DNA of 61,829 nt, the filler included, from Choristocarpus tenellus KU-1152 (Eukaryota > Protista > Phaeophyceae), in the NCBI GenBank assembly GCA_964200185.2. It is 10 parts of 10 records of this genome, joined end to end, with 100 filler letters (N's around TTAATTAATTAA, not from the genome) between each part and the next. Parts side by side here need not be neighbours in the genome. Positions count along the whole stretch, not along the records: positions 1 to 7,230 come from CAXNAD020006502.1; positions 7,331 to 12,253 come from CAXNAD020012516.1; 8 more parts are not named here. The stretch is one strand, 5' to 3'. Made by a program: the position numbers and the translations under genes. The notes beneath the pieces were generated by a model, which worked only from the letters and a program-made list of their open reading frames with translations, was not told the origin of the DNA and made no database searches. The stretch's first letter is position 1; each line of letters opens with the position of its first letter. Positions 1 to 12,253 of the stretch are shown here, in pieces.

Positions 1-2015
1 TGTAGACGCCCCCCCCCCCCCAGATACTTCGGGTCTCTAAATTTAGCAAGCCTTTTTCTGACAGAACTTCAATCATGAATCATTTACGTACATAAACTTC
101 CAGTCCAACCAACCGTCCTTATTCTAACATCAAATTTCTTCTGAACCGCCCGCCACCACAACAGTGAGGAAGCACTGCATAGGCAGACATGGAATGGGGT
201 TGACCTAGCCTTACCAAGTATCTCCATGTTTGGCTTCCTAAGGCGTTATGGTGGTGTGTTTGTCGATTACGGAGGTGAAAAATACTGATCATGAGTAGTC
301 ACCAACTGTCTTTCAGAACCATTTCTAAACTCTTTGACATGGTCACTGTACGGAAAAGAATGGATAGTGTACGAGCAGGTTTTGAAGAAATGGAGCAGGT
401 CTTTCCATCCCTAACACGATCTTTTCGGACGAAAGATGATCATTGCATTTATTCTTAGAACATGGACATTTTTGGAATACGAACTCAATGTTTGTTGACA
501 GTTTGGCATCTAAAAGAATCTCCGTCACATATATGATGCACCAGTCACTGCAACAACAGAGTGAGGCAGGTACAGTAGGACATAACAGTGCTCTTTATTC
601 GCCCTCAAATGCCAACAGATCGCGTGCGTATACACACACACACACGGTCTAAAATTAGGTCTCATTTCAATAAGCTCTCCCCACCAGTGACAAGCTGTAG
701 TGCAAACGAGAAACTTTCAGTTCAACTCCGTCTTGCAGACTTCAACGACCAAAAAAAAACATTCTAGGAAATTTCACTCTGGCCTTCAAAAATCCTGCAT
801 TGGTAGCGCTGTGGAGGATGAAGAGTGAGAAGTGGAAGGTGCTACTTAGGCTATTTTCGTAAGGAATCTAATCAATAGTCACCATCCCACAGATGATATC
901 GTTGTATGGTGCATGATAATTAATGCTGGAGAACAAAACAGCACTTGCTCCAAAAATATATATTATTAGTTACGTCAAAATAATAGTTTCACGTGGAGAG
1001 CAATTCGTTACAATTTTGGTTCCACATCTCAGAGTTATGGAAAAGAACGATATTGCCAGTGTTCCTCCTACAATCAAGGTTATTATGTCACAGAATGGTA
1101 ATCACTGGTGATAGGATTATGTATGATGTATCAATCAAGTACCTATTGCGTGCATCAACCTCACGTGTACTTTCAACATACTAGTCAACTCGTATTAATG
1201 GAGAAGCAAAGATAAGTAGCAAGTAGTGCTTCCTTGCTATGGCCGCCTAAAATACAGACATATTATTGCAATGTGCGAATTGAGTATTTGAAGATAACTG
1301 TAGAGCAAGAGCAGTGGAAAGGAAGCAATACAATCTAGCCAATGGTGACAGCAAAAAACGGTATCTCTTCATGATCGTTTGTTAGCCAAGATCCAAAAAT
1401 CAATTCGAAATACTACATACAAGTCCCTGCAAAGCACCAAACTTGCTGCAATAGAGGAAATCCAGTTCCTGCAACTTTTACAGAGTTATTTCTCCACTCT
1501 TTTCTGCTCTTATCATTGAGAAAAAGCAAGAAAATATAACTCACGAAGTCGGCTCTTAACCTGTGCTACCGTACACCCAATAGCTAACAAAGTGCAAACA
1601 ACCTACCTTACACATAACTGGGCATGATACGATCATCCTCTGTCTATACTCAACAAAAATTCTGATGACAAGCAGCAAAAACAATGTCTAACCCTCTTCA
1701 GATAACACTAGTATTGATAAAAATAAGAGTTAGTACTACATACAAAAAAGAAAAGCATCTGGAACAGGAAAAACCGCATCCTTGCCCAGGTCAGAGAAAA
1801 GACCAGAACTCACCATACTCTTGACTCTCTGGCAACTCAAGTCACCAAAACGAACAAGTTAGGGAGTACTTCATTCCCTTGAAGTGTAAGTGGCATAACA
1901 CCTAAGGAAGGTGTTTCTAACAAAACTGCCACAGAACATCCAACATGTACAGTGAAGTAGTTTTAGTGCACACTAGAAGCTCAAGGCTTGATTTTCACTT
2001 GCAATATACCATTTG

Positions 2016-5000
2016 CCCCTAACCCTACCCTAGGGCCTTAACTTGCAGAAAGCTGCTAAGACACTTCAACCCATTCTTGCAGGAGGTTAAAAAAACCAAT
2101 AGCAATACTATGTGCAGGGCAACAATGACGAGACTTCCTGTAACTGACTCATTCCTCTTCACTATCACCACCTCCACTAAGGGAATGAGCAATCTGCTTA
2201 ATGAAACTTTCATGCTGCCTGTAGATATATAGTCTTAGCCACTGCTACAAGATAGACCTTAGTTTGTCAAAAGCCTAGCTTGTACCCCTGTTCTTCGCAA
2301 TGTTTCCACTCAAAGCTATCATACATGTACGGAAGCTCGGAGTTGTAAGGGTGGATGGCAGCGTACCACTGAGCATTTGTCAATTTTACCTTTTTCTGTG
2401 GGGGACAACACAGTAGAATAGGGTTATAGGATTAGAGCACATACAGTATAATGCAAAATGTTAAATTATTTAACCTAAGTAAAAAACCAATCACAAAATA
2501 CTTAAACTGGACCATGGGTACAATAGCTAGGAAGAAGATTTGATAAAGAGAAAAATATAGGGTTCTTTATTCTGTCTTCTAGTTGGATGCAAGTATTGAA
2601 TCTTGTCCTGTTTCACCACTCAAAGGAAATTCTTGGGACACTATCAGCAACTGAACTGTATCACAACCTGGACATGACAAGCATGCTAATTATGATAGTG
2701 ATATACACAAGCATTCAACAGGAGGGGAGAGCACTTGACAGACAGCTGTTATCTGGATGAACCGGGCAAGTCCTTTACCTGTCTTAAACCTTGCCAATCA
2801 GAATAATCACATATCAGTAGCTGGTCACACTAAAGTTCTCTTTCCGCATTAACCCTAACCCTAACCCTAATATGGGAACAATTCCAAACCCAGCCACCAA
2901 AAAAACATGCTACTGTACACACCATTCCTATGCATCACAACTTAGAACAGGGACTGGGCATGCTCTCACGCTCTTGTCCATGAACCCCATGAAGGACTGT
3001 GTCCTTAATCCCATCTAAATTACAACTATGTTTCTCACCTGTCCAATCTTAACCTTGAATGGGAGAACATCATCCTCATTGTGACCCCCACAAGTGGCCT
3101 TGTGGCATGTGGGGAGATCGGTTGCATTGACCACATTTGACCAGTCACACACCATCTGTAAAAGTGGGTCAAGGTTGAAAGAGGTTGACATAACTGACAT
3201 AACTGAAATAATGCTGCAATATGAAGAAAACATACGTATGTCACTCAAGGTGTGCATTGAGTACAACAAGGATGGACACTTGGTGACACAAGGTTGAACG
3301 AACAATTAGTGCTGGTGGAAGACAGATAATGTGGCTGGGAGTGCAAGACAACCCCTAACACAAACAAAATATGATTGCATCCAACATATTTCCACAAAAT
3401 GATAAAGGGTTCTCAGTAGATTAAATACATACACAACATATAGTTAACACTCATTTCTCTTGCCACCTAGTACATGTTAATCTGCTTTAGTGGATAAAGT
3501 CAGTGCATAAACCACAAACCACAAAAAAAAGGAATCACCACAAAGACAAATCAATCTTTACAAAACATCATTAAGATTTACTGAGTGCAAGAAGTAGTAC
3601 CAGAACCACAACCAAGAGGCAGTTTCATCTAACCCTAACCCTAACCCTAACTTTGATCCATACTATACCACCACTGCATAAAGTGAGTGGCAATTCTCAC
3701 TTCTAAAAAGGGTGGGCAGATTCAAATACTCCATAACGGAGAATATCATTTCATTATTACACCCAATCAAGCTAACCTTAACCCTAACTCTAACCCCAAG
3801 ATACTCATCATGAAGTACACTACATCTTGGTGCAATAACTCTCCGTGAAGCATACCTCTACACCTTGCATATCAAAGTAGTTAGAGTTATGGCTACACAT
3901 ACAGAGAGTAAACACGACTGTGTTGAGAGAGCACAAAAAAAAACCAACCCCTATAGTGACACCGCCCATGAGACTATGAGACTATGAGATAAGTTAAGAA
4001 GGCTAAGAACTTGGAAACTGAAACTAACAGGGGGAAGTACCATACTCACCCCATCATCTCCTGCATCTGCATTATGTAAGTAACCCCAAGTCTGATTCAA
4101 GTATAGGACATTTCGAACGTTATCACCAGCAAGGTCTCCCATCAATCGACGTTGAGCCAGGAAACGGTCAGCAGTAGGGTGAAGCAGCCTGGGTATTTAG
4201 GTGCAGGGAATCAGGGGGGGGGGGGAATGAGGGCCAAGATCACAGTTTGATAGGAAGTGAGTGGTAACACTCATACTCCACATGTGAATGACCCTTACCC
4301 TAACCCTAAGTACATACAGAACCAGAAAATGCACTATTACCAATCAGGTTCAAAATTAAAAAGCACTGAGAAGCACCGAGTCATGCTGGCACAAAAACTC
4401 CTAGTCTGTTTCATTGTAACTAAGTGATGCATGCATGACATACTTCATGTCTCCGCAATCAGAGCAAGTAAAAAAAAAAAAACTAAGTTGAAGTTTCAAC
4501 AGATTATGAAAAAAATTAATACTTTTAATTGGCACAAAAAAACACATGTTTTGGACACGTCAAGCAGTTATTGTAACTGCCACAGCAGTGCATCACGGCC
4601 CCTCAAAATTGCTCCACAATTTTTATGTGTGTGTACACTTGCACCACCTGGGCAGGCGATTCCAAACAACCCAAAGCCTGCTTTCAATGTGCCAGTCAGC
4701 ATGGTTACTGCTCCTTTTTGGATAGTTGTCAAAGATGCTGCCAAAGGTGTGAAAAATAATATGATAATGACAAAAAATAACTGTAACAAGAAGTGCACCT
4801 GTCACTGGTTGATGCAACAATCCCTCCAATATTTTTACAGAACCATGACCAGTGTCAGTATTCATCCTCTTACCAGAAGACAGGATCATAAGGGGCAGAG
4901 GAGGTGAACATCTCGCCAGCATAGCCTGGGTTGCACAAGGCCTTCAGAATCCTCTCAAAAACCTTAGCTTCCCCAACAGGATCATTTTCATAGCCAGCAA

Positions 5001-7054
5001 TGTGATAGACCTTTTCATTGCTACCATCTTGCTTATTTCGACTATAAATATTCCCATTTGAACTGTCCTTGAGGAAATAGAGTGCCTAAGAAAAAACAGG
5101 GGAGGAGGGATTAGGGTTAGGGTTAGGAAGGTGTAATACTTGTAACAGTTTGCAGCATGCAATTAAAAAAATCGAAATAATACATCACTTCACTCTTACC
5201 TATACTTGAAAATCAAAAAGGAGAGGTGATTGGCAGTAGGTGGCCGTTCTAGAGACTATGAACAGTAAAAACAAGGTTAATAAAAAAATAAAAATGGTTA
5301 GGGTTAGGGTCAACACATTACGGTAAAATGTAACATAGTATGCATCACTCAACATCACTCGACTAAGTCAGATGTCACAAAAAAGAAAAACAGGTTATAT
5401 TATTATTCTTATCACCTAACCTTAGGGTTAGGGTTAAACCCTAACCTTATCAATGGCAAGACTTATTTCTAAAATCGTGTAGTTCCTATGCTGGGGCTTG
5501 ATGGTGAAATCAAAATGTCTATGTAAGTGCATAGTGGCATTTGACGAGCTTTCAACACAAATGACTTATTCCTGTTGACTTATCTAACCCTAACCCTAGC
5601 CCTAGCCCTAACCTATCTTCAGGTTCAGAAGAGAACTAAAAAAATTGAGGCCATGATTATCATACACCAAACTATATTATCACAAAGGGCATACTAAAAA
5701 AAAACAAAAACAAATAAATCATACGTACATCCCTGGGGCAATTTCGACAAAAACTCTGTCTCTACAATAGCCTTGTTAAACATCTGTAATATCAACAGTT
5801 ACAAACCAATTCTACGCTAACCCTAACCCTAACCTGTGTGTCAATCAACACATCATATGCATTCATTCCATGTGCTGCCATCAAATCTGTTGGGCACCCA
5901 GCCGTGCAGAGATTTTCATCTAGTCCTGTGCAGTCTTCAGGGTATCGCAAGTAACCCTTCCTCCAGAGAACCTTTGTAAGGAGGATCAACTTTCCAGAGA
6001 AACCCCAATCCTGAGTAGGGGTAAATACAGGGTTAGGGTTAGCACAGATACCACAGAAGGAGGGAAACAGACAGAGCAGCATGTGTATGTATGTATGTAG
6101 ATTAGACCTGCTGTTCATATTGTCAAAAATTATTCTAGTGTCTGTTCTTCTCACCATTTGGCAAGTGCCTATACAAGGCTAACCCTAACCCTAACCCTAA
6201 ACACTAGTTCCAAAAATTAAAAGAATATGCATTGAAATTCAAACAAAAGGCAACAGCATTCCATGTTACACTATAAGAGTAACAAATTTTACTGCTGGTA
6301 GGGACACACTTGTCCCTACCCTAACCCTATTCATTATAGTCCCATCCTAAGGCTAGGGTTAGGGTTAGTTGTGAGCTTATGTTAGGGTTAGGGTTTAGGG
6401 TTAGGGCTAGGTTTGGAACAAAGAACACAAAGGGAAATAGATACTGCTTCCTGACCAAATAGCTTGTCTTGAGAACTAGGTGAATGGCAGACAAGTCAGA
6501 CAGAAAAAGAAGGAGAAAGATGCAAGAAGCATTCACTTGTTAACAGCTTTAAGCCCATGATTGCACAACTGCTTGGGATGGAAATTGCAAAAAATAAAAT
6601 GAGGGAAGTAGTACCAACCCTAACCCTAATGTGCATCAAAGGTGACCACTTCATAGTGCCCCACAACACACACACAACACTCAGTGTTTACAAAATTTAA
6701 CAATCAAAAAGTACAACTACAGAAGAGGATAGGGTTAGGGTTAGCCCTAACACAAGTACAGAAGAGGGGCTAACTCTAACCCTAACTAGGCAGTACGATA
6801 AGATGATGGGGTTATTCACAGGCAATAATCGTTGAACACTAAAGAGGATTAAGGTTAGAAAAATCCAACTCACACAGGTTAGCAATAATTTCTTTCAAAG
6901 TCAACCTAAAAAATGCACACCTGAGATACCTAAGTCTATGCCATGGGTACATAGTGTTCATTTCATCTCCCTTGTCACACAATACAACTATTCTCATTTC
7001 TTCTATCGATTACGTTGATTTGCTTGCTCGAGTGTACCCTAACCCTAACCCTAA
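2016..7054. repeat. Cluster of ~17 short interstitial telomere-like (CCCTAA)n/(TTAGGG)n tracts in both orientations
   Basis: Examples at 2851-2870, 3629-3651, 5111-5127, 5416-5447, 5585-5613, 5817-5833, 6030-6042, 6179-6200, 6352-6412, 6730-6787 and 7036-7054. Isolated tracts also occur at ~14533, ~15356, ~17833, ~49377 and ~55620. Confidence 0.95.
2267..6010 (-). CDS. Tyrosinase-like type-3 copper protein, 5'-truncated; exons 6010-5834, 5085-4874, 4188-4050, 3155-3039, 2395-2267
   Basis: Five GT-AG exons splice in phase (177+212+139+117+129 nt) with no internal stops: DWGFSGKLILLTKVLWRKGYLRYPEDC...CTAGCP...AYDVLIDTQ/ALYFL...ALCNPGYAGEMFTSSAPYDPVFW/LLHPTADRFL...QTWGY.../MVCDWSNV...DLPTCHKATCGGHNEDDVLPF.../KLTNAQWYAAIHPYNSELPYMYDSFEWKHCEEQGYKLGF*. 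SAPYDPVFWLLHxxxDR is the CuB third-His motif of tyrosinases, and the Cys-rich C-terminus resembles stramenopile tyrosinase-like proteins. Confidence 0.9.
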
Positions 7055-7230
7055 CATGGTGACATGTCTAGTTCATTATTCTAATAATAATTACTACTCA
7101 ATGTGCAATAACACAGTTGCAAGTACAAAACAAGGCCTCTACAGCAGTGGGGGGGGGGGGGGAAGGGGGGGGGGGCTTTCCCTTCATGAAGACCCACTCT
7201 GGGGGGTCCCGTTTCCGGACGGGCAGAGGG

Positions 7231-7330
7231 NNNNNNNNNNNNNNNNNNNNNNNNNNNNNNNNNNNNNNNNNNNNTTAATTAATTAANNNNNNNNNNNNNN
7301 NNNNNNNNNNNNNNNNNNNNNNNNNNNNNN
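7231..7330. other. Artificial contig spacer N44-TTAATTAATTAA-N44 (also 12254-12353, 19543-19642, 29450-29549, 36699-36798, 39396-39495, 51573-51672, 55263-55362, 59197-59296)
   Basis: An identical 100-nt cassette with stop codons in all six frames occurs nine times, typical of concatenated unplaced contigs. Confidence 0.98.
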
Positions 7331-8325
7331 AACCTATGTGTTACTAATATCGTATATAGTTCGCACTTGTCAGAACTCGAGAAACAATCTTCACACTGTA
7401 TGTCTATTACAAATGTTCGTATTTCCTAACACATAAGGAGGAAATGCTCGCCTATTCGTGTGTAACAAATGCTCAAACTTTGTTGAAATACAAGAAGAAA
7501 CGCTCACGCTATTCGCCTGTAACAGGAGTGCTACGGCTACTGTCTGGTGGAGCTTCTCCGATTTCCCCCCAGAGATCACACAGCCCTCCTCTGTGCCTTT
7601 CCTCTTGCTACTGCTCCAGCAACTTGTGACTCCTTAGTGGTAGTTGTTCTCCTTGTTCACTTTCCCCTCAATCACAGCCTCTACGGACTTACCAAGGTAT
7701 AACCCCCTCACTGATCCTTTCCTCCTCGCAGGACTGCTAGAGCGCTGTGGTTACCAACTCACGAACTTGCCATCCTCTTTTCCCCACTGGCAAAGATAGG
7801 GTACTACAAGAAAGTCAACAGTAGCCCGTTACAGTAGTTGCAAGGGAGATACAAAACAAAGAAGAGTACCTAACTAACAGGATTATTGTTCCACAGCATT
7901 GTTGCAACATCTTGATTTGATTGCATGTGATTCTTGAGGAGGGTGTATTATTTCTGTTCACAACCAGCAAAGAAATCAATGCCAATGAGTACTGGAACCA
8001 AGCACGACACTTTTAGGGGGTATACTCGATTCATCCGTCATGGCATCGGGCATGGGGGAGAAGCTGCTGCTGTTAATAGTGGTGAAGTGAAGAAAGATGC
8101 GGCACCTGGTGGGAGCCTAAAATATGTTATTGATACTACTAATCCTGTGATACGGGGTATATGGACAGAATTCGTCCTTGCAATGGACTCAAACCTGATG
8201 GCTTGATGTCAGAGGGTGCAGACAGAAGACAAGCGAAGTTTATTCATACTCTTATCACTACCTCAAGTGCCATAGTGTGTTCATATTTGAGATGTGTATG
8301 GTGCCATCTGTTCATGTTGGGCTTT

Positions 8326-8583
8326 GACTCAAAGCGTTTAAGAGGATAGGAGTTTTGCCCTGTTTGTCTGTTCGCAGGCTTTTTATGCCCTTTTTCGTGT
8401 TTCTCTGTGTGAACATTTCGGATTTCGGAGTAGGTAAAATTTATACGACTATGAAAGGTGTGCCTGGGGCAAGGTTAAATTGACACATGTTAACAAACAT
8501 GACAGACAAAGTTAATCAAAATCGCAACATTGGATTTATTATTCCGAACGGACGCGGTCCTACCCTCTTAAATGCTGTGGTGT
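8326..8583 (-). mobile_element. MITE family B (variant of family A)
   Basis: About 260 bp, homologous to family A, with AAAGCATTTAAGAGG-type TIRs. Other copies at 31133-31391, ~37298-37533 and 41330-41608. Confidence 0.8.
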
Positions 8584-8640
8584 TCACGAAGTATTTACAG
8601 TCGTATAGATTAGCATGGCAGAGGTATTGAATGGGAAGGA

Positions 8641-8897
8641 GAGTCAAAGCATCTTAGAAGGTAGAGCCGCGTCCGTTTGGGGGCAACAATCCAATGTTCC
8701 AATTTTGATGTAATTTTGGAAATCGTGTTTGTTAGGAAATGTCACTATCCTTGTTCCAGACACACCTTTACATAACGTACACATTTTACCTACTCTGAAA
8801 CACTTCCAAGTAGGAAAATGTAAAAAAAAGGCGTGGGAAGCCAAGCCCCAAATGGACAAAAAGGTCAAAGCTCGTACCCTCTAAGATATTTTCACTC
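8641..8897 (+). mobile_element. MITE family A, TSD AGGA
   Basis: Family consensus TIRs are GAGTCAAAGTATCTTAGAGGGTA...TACCCTCTAAGATACTTTCACTC. This copy is flanked by AGGA on both sides. Confidence 0.9.
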
Positions 8898-9039
8898 AGG
8901 AGGGATACGATGACACGCTTGAGATTCCCGCAAATAAGATAAGGAATCCTGTCTGCAATGAAGCAGCCCTACTTTTAGGCTCTCGTGGGCGTGTAGTACG
9001 GATAAAGAGGGTGACACTGTTTTGTGGAACCTCACCAAG

Positions 9040-10870
9040 CTGTGCACCAAGATCAAAACCCGACCTACAGCGTACATGAATGCTGTTGTGAATTGGGAAA
9101 GAGGGACATGTTACAGAACGCTCCATAGCTTGCCTCCACGGAATGTGTAGCTCCAGTCCATAAGCCTATATTCGATGTTGATGTACATACAGGACGCCTG
9201 AGGTATACCAATAGCCCGGTGACCAGCAAGGATGGTAGATATCAGGTCAGCAGATGAAGGTATAGTTCTCTTTCAGAGAATGAATGTACGACAAGCAAAA
9301 GTCAAGGACTGAGTCGAGAGGGCACCTCAGTCCATCAATTTGTTCCTATCGAGTTTTCAGGTGTATTTCGGCATCTGAAAACCTTTTATTTATTCGAGTG
9401 TTTGCACAAAATGAAATTCATCGTAGTGGTACCAGTAGCTTCGCCCTCTAGGGTTGTACCGTCATAACGTTTCATGTAGACATCGAATTAAAAGATAAAA
9501 CCATATTCGTGGTGCCCGTCACAAGGCCCTCCAGAGTACGGGATTCGTTATTTTTCTCGCCATTTTTTTTCAAAGAATGACCGCTCTTATTGGGGTTCGA
9601 ACCCTGGATTGTAGGTCACCAAGAGTGGCAACAGATGCACTATTACTTGATTGAAGTATAGGGTTTAGGTGGGAAAAAAGCCTCCCCACCCTTTCTTCCT
9701 CTGTGTTCGCACACTCACTCTTTGACCTCGGCAAGGATGTCCTCGTCGAGGCCCAGAATGAAACGTCTCTCATAGCGCCCTTGCTCCGACACCTTGATGT
9801 GGCCCTCAGTTAGGAAGTCTCTCTCCTATCTACTCACAGATTTCGCTGTGACCATCGCATATCCTGCTGCCATATCGAGCGACGTTTGGTGGTCTTTCCC
9901 GTCGTTCATGCACAGGTACAGGATTCACAGTGTTAGAGCCTTAACTATCACATTTCCTCATTGAGCGCCGGAAATGGGCATTGTTGGTGTTTCCTGGGCG
10001 GGTGATATGTTATCATCAAGGCACAAGGGCAAGGGAGGACAGGCTTGAGTTGATCGAAAATTGTGTTGATTTCTCGAACGAATGCAGGATGGGGAGTAAC
10101 CCTTAATCAACTTTATACGTCCAACACCAAGTCCAGGAACAAAGTGAATGAATGTACGGCATCTTGCAAAAAGTGGGAGACACCAAACATTGGTGTGCAA
10201 ATAGTCTCAATCTCACCTCCTCTTCTTCTCTGGTGTCCTTGTCGATGGCTACCTCCACCTGCTTCGCGACCTCTTCTAAGTAAAGGATTTGGTGGTAGCG
10301 AAACATCTCTCCACAGCTGCCTTTGTCACTATCGCTTTCTCTTCCGCCTTGCAAGCCCTTTTGACCTTCTTTCGGACTTCAGAGTCCTTGTAGCTCAACC
10401 CTTAACATCTTCTTTCTCGTTTCCTTAAGCCACTCTGGCTCACGAAGCTTCCAAACAGCCAGGGCCTGCTGCAACTGTCAACTACTAAGATATTCTACAC
10501 TCGGGTTTTCGCTTAGGCGTTTCCTGAGCGCAACGGCACGCAGTCGCACAGCTCTCTTCCTCAACCTTCCCTTCGGCCGGCCACCCCGGTTCTCCCTTCG
10601 CCCGCCATGACCAGGCTTCCCCACAGACTTCGTCACTGTACCACCTGGTGATGCACTTGCCACTCTTTTCCTTCTTTCCTGAGGCGGCAGAGACTGCAGA
10701 GCAGTGCTCCACATCGGTTGAAGATCCAACCACGTTTGAGTGGTATGCTTTCAATGTATCTTCTCTCAGTGTCAATGTTGCGACTGCATGTGGTCCATTT
10801 CGCGATTTGATCATGCTGCTGCGCCACAGTACACGCACTTTCTCACGACCTAACATTGCGCTGAGTGTCA
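9040..10870 (-). pseudogene. Decayed IS630/Tc1-like DDE transposase of the type carrying a DGHE motif upstream of the catalytic core
   Basis: 9880-9685 reads MAAGYAMVTAKSVSR*ERDFLTEGHIKVSEQGRYERRFILGLDEDILAEVKE*VCEHRGRKGGE, with stops at expected Trp positions. Frameshifted fragments follow: CDGHHE...MKRYDGTTLE, HYDE/ISFCAN and IYHP...GYWYTS. The upstream boundary is uncertain. Confidence 0.55.
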
Positions 10871-11515
10871 CATGGTACTTGTTTTTCTATTATCTCTCGA
10901 CAGAGAAGGTGCCAAGGGTAGATCCAGGGGGCAGAGTGGCCTCGGCGGCTCTCCTTGTCTCACCATCGTGGTCCATATTGCTGTGTGGGTCACCTGTGTG
11001 TATGCCCACAGAAAGTCTGCGAAAGGTGTTGAAAAGATGTCCGAGAATCTTGCTTCTTTTTTTTTGGTAGGGCCAAAGCACACTTAAGAGGCATGGCCTA
11101 TTCCGGACCAGGTTCTTGTGAGGAATTCAGCCAACCACTTAATTTTTGTATCTTTTGATGTTGTAACCATCAAAATTGCGCCGGAGATATTCCCCCGCGT
11201 TTTGCCATTCTTTGATCGGGACATAGTTCCCGTTCACTGGAGTTAGTACATTCCTGTATACAAATCTTCAACCCCTCGTGGCATAAGCTTTCATTTGGTA
11301 TTTATATTGTTGCATCTTGTGGCCTGACAGTAAAAAAAAGAAAGATTGCCACAGACCGCGAAGCTTTTGGTACCACTATTATCAGAAAGTCTTATCACCC
11401 TGTGTTCTGTCCGTAGTGTTTTTCATTGCCAAATGTTATGAAATTTCCCATTTCAAGTTGGAAACAATAGTGAAAAGCACTATGAACTCGGTAAGACCCT
11501 CGGGGCAACACTCAA

Positions 11516-11774
11516 GCGCCAAAGTATCTTAGAGGGTAGAGCCGCGTCCATTTGTGGGCCAAAATCCGATGTTGCGATTTTAATGTAATTTTGGCTATTG
11601 TGTTTGTTGGAAGCGTCAATATCTATGTTCCGGAAACACCTTTTCTTAACATACACACTTTACCTACTCTGAACCTTTTTTTCCTAGGAAAATGTCATAT
11701 AAGAACCCATGGGAAGCCAAGCCCTCAAAATGGACAAACACAGTAAAACTCGTGCCCTCTAAGACACATCACTC
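11516..11774 (+). mobile_element. MITE family A, TSD TCAA
   Basis: Same internal sequence and TIRs as family A; TCAA on both flanks. Confidence 0.9.
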
Positions 11775-12155
11775 TCAAAGGTTTGATGATCTCATAGAGG
11801 AATTATCCAATCGAAGCGACCAATAAGCATTTGTCCCAGTCATCCAAAATACTACAGAAAAAAGCTGCATTGTACAACAAGGTTCACAATGGTTTGGGTA
11901 GCATGGCAGATGCGCGTGCTATGTTTGCTAGGATGTCACACCCTTTCGCTGACTCAGCAGAAACCCCAATCGTTAGACAGCAACTAGGACTACCTCGCCA
12001 GAACAGGACCTCCATGCACGATGAGGTATCAAGCCAAACTTCACTGCCACACCAAGAAGTTGTCAACAGTATACGGCAACCCTCGCACCGATGCTTCAAC
12101 CTGTTTTAACTCAGAACTCGCTCACTGTCTGTGGTGCTGTAAACAAACAACCTGA

Positions 12156-12253
12156 GACCCAAAGTATCTGGGGGGGGGGGAGGGGCGACACCAGGGTGTC
12201 CATTTGGGCCAAAACCAGGAAAAGTGCACTTTCAATTATCCATCCGACGTATG
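12156..12253 (+). mobile_element. MITE family C end (GACCC/GGGTC-AAAGTATCT-polyG), truncated by contig end
   Basis: Matches the complete copy at 55904-56085. Similar ends occur at 1-35, 19468-19542, ~26325-26405, 29550-29578, ~36600-36698, 36799-36860, 59183-59196 and 61811-61829. Confidence 0.85.

Noticed and set aside
343-1830. Small exon-like segments and ORF 343-528 downstream of the tyrosinase stop
   Set aside because: Splice-like signals are present, but there is no consistent frame or recognisable protein.
4431-4907. 158-aa plus-strand ORF and overlapping minus-strand ORFs
   Set aside because: They lie mostly in a tyrosinase intron and show no protein features.
2016-7054. True telomere or chromosome-fusion site
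   Set aside because: The tracts are short, dispersed, bidirectional and mostly inside introns of an apparently intact gene.
9400-9773. piggyBac transposase reading (RVGRLFSHLN, FDVYMKR)
   Set aside because: Another frame gives a longer and more coherent match to IS630/Tc1-like transposases.
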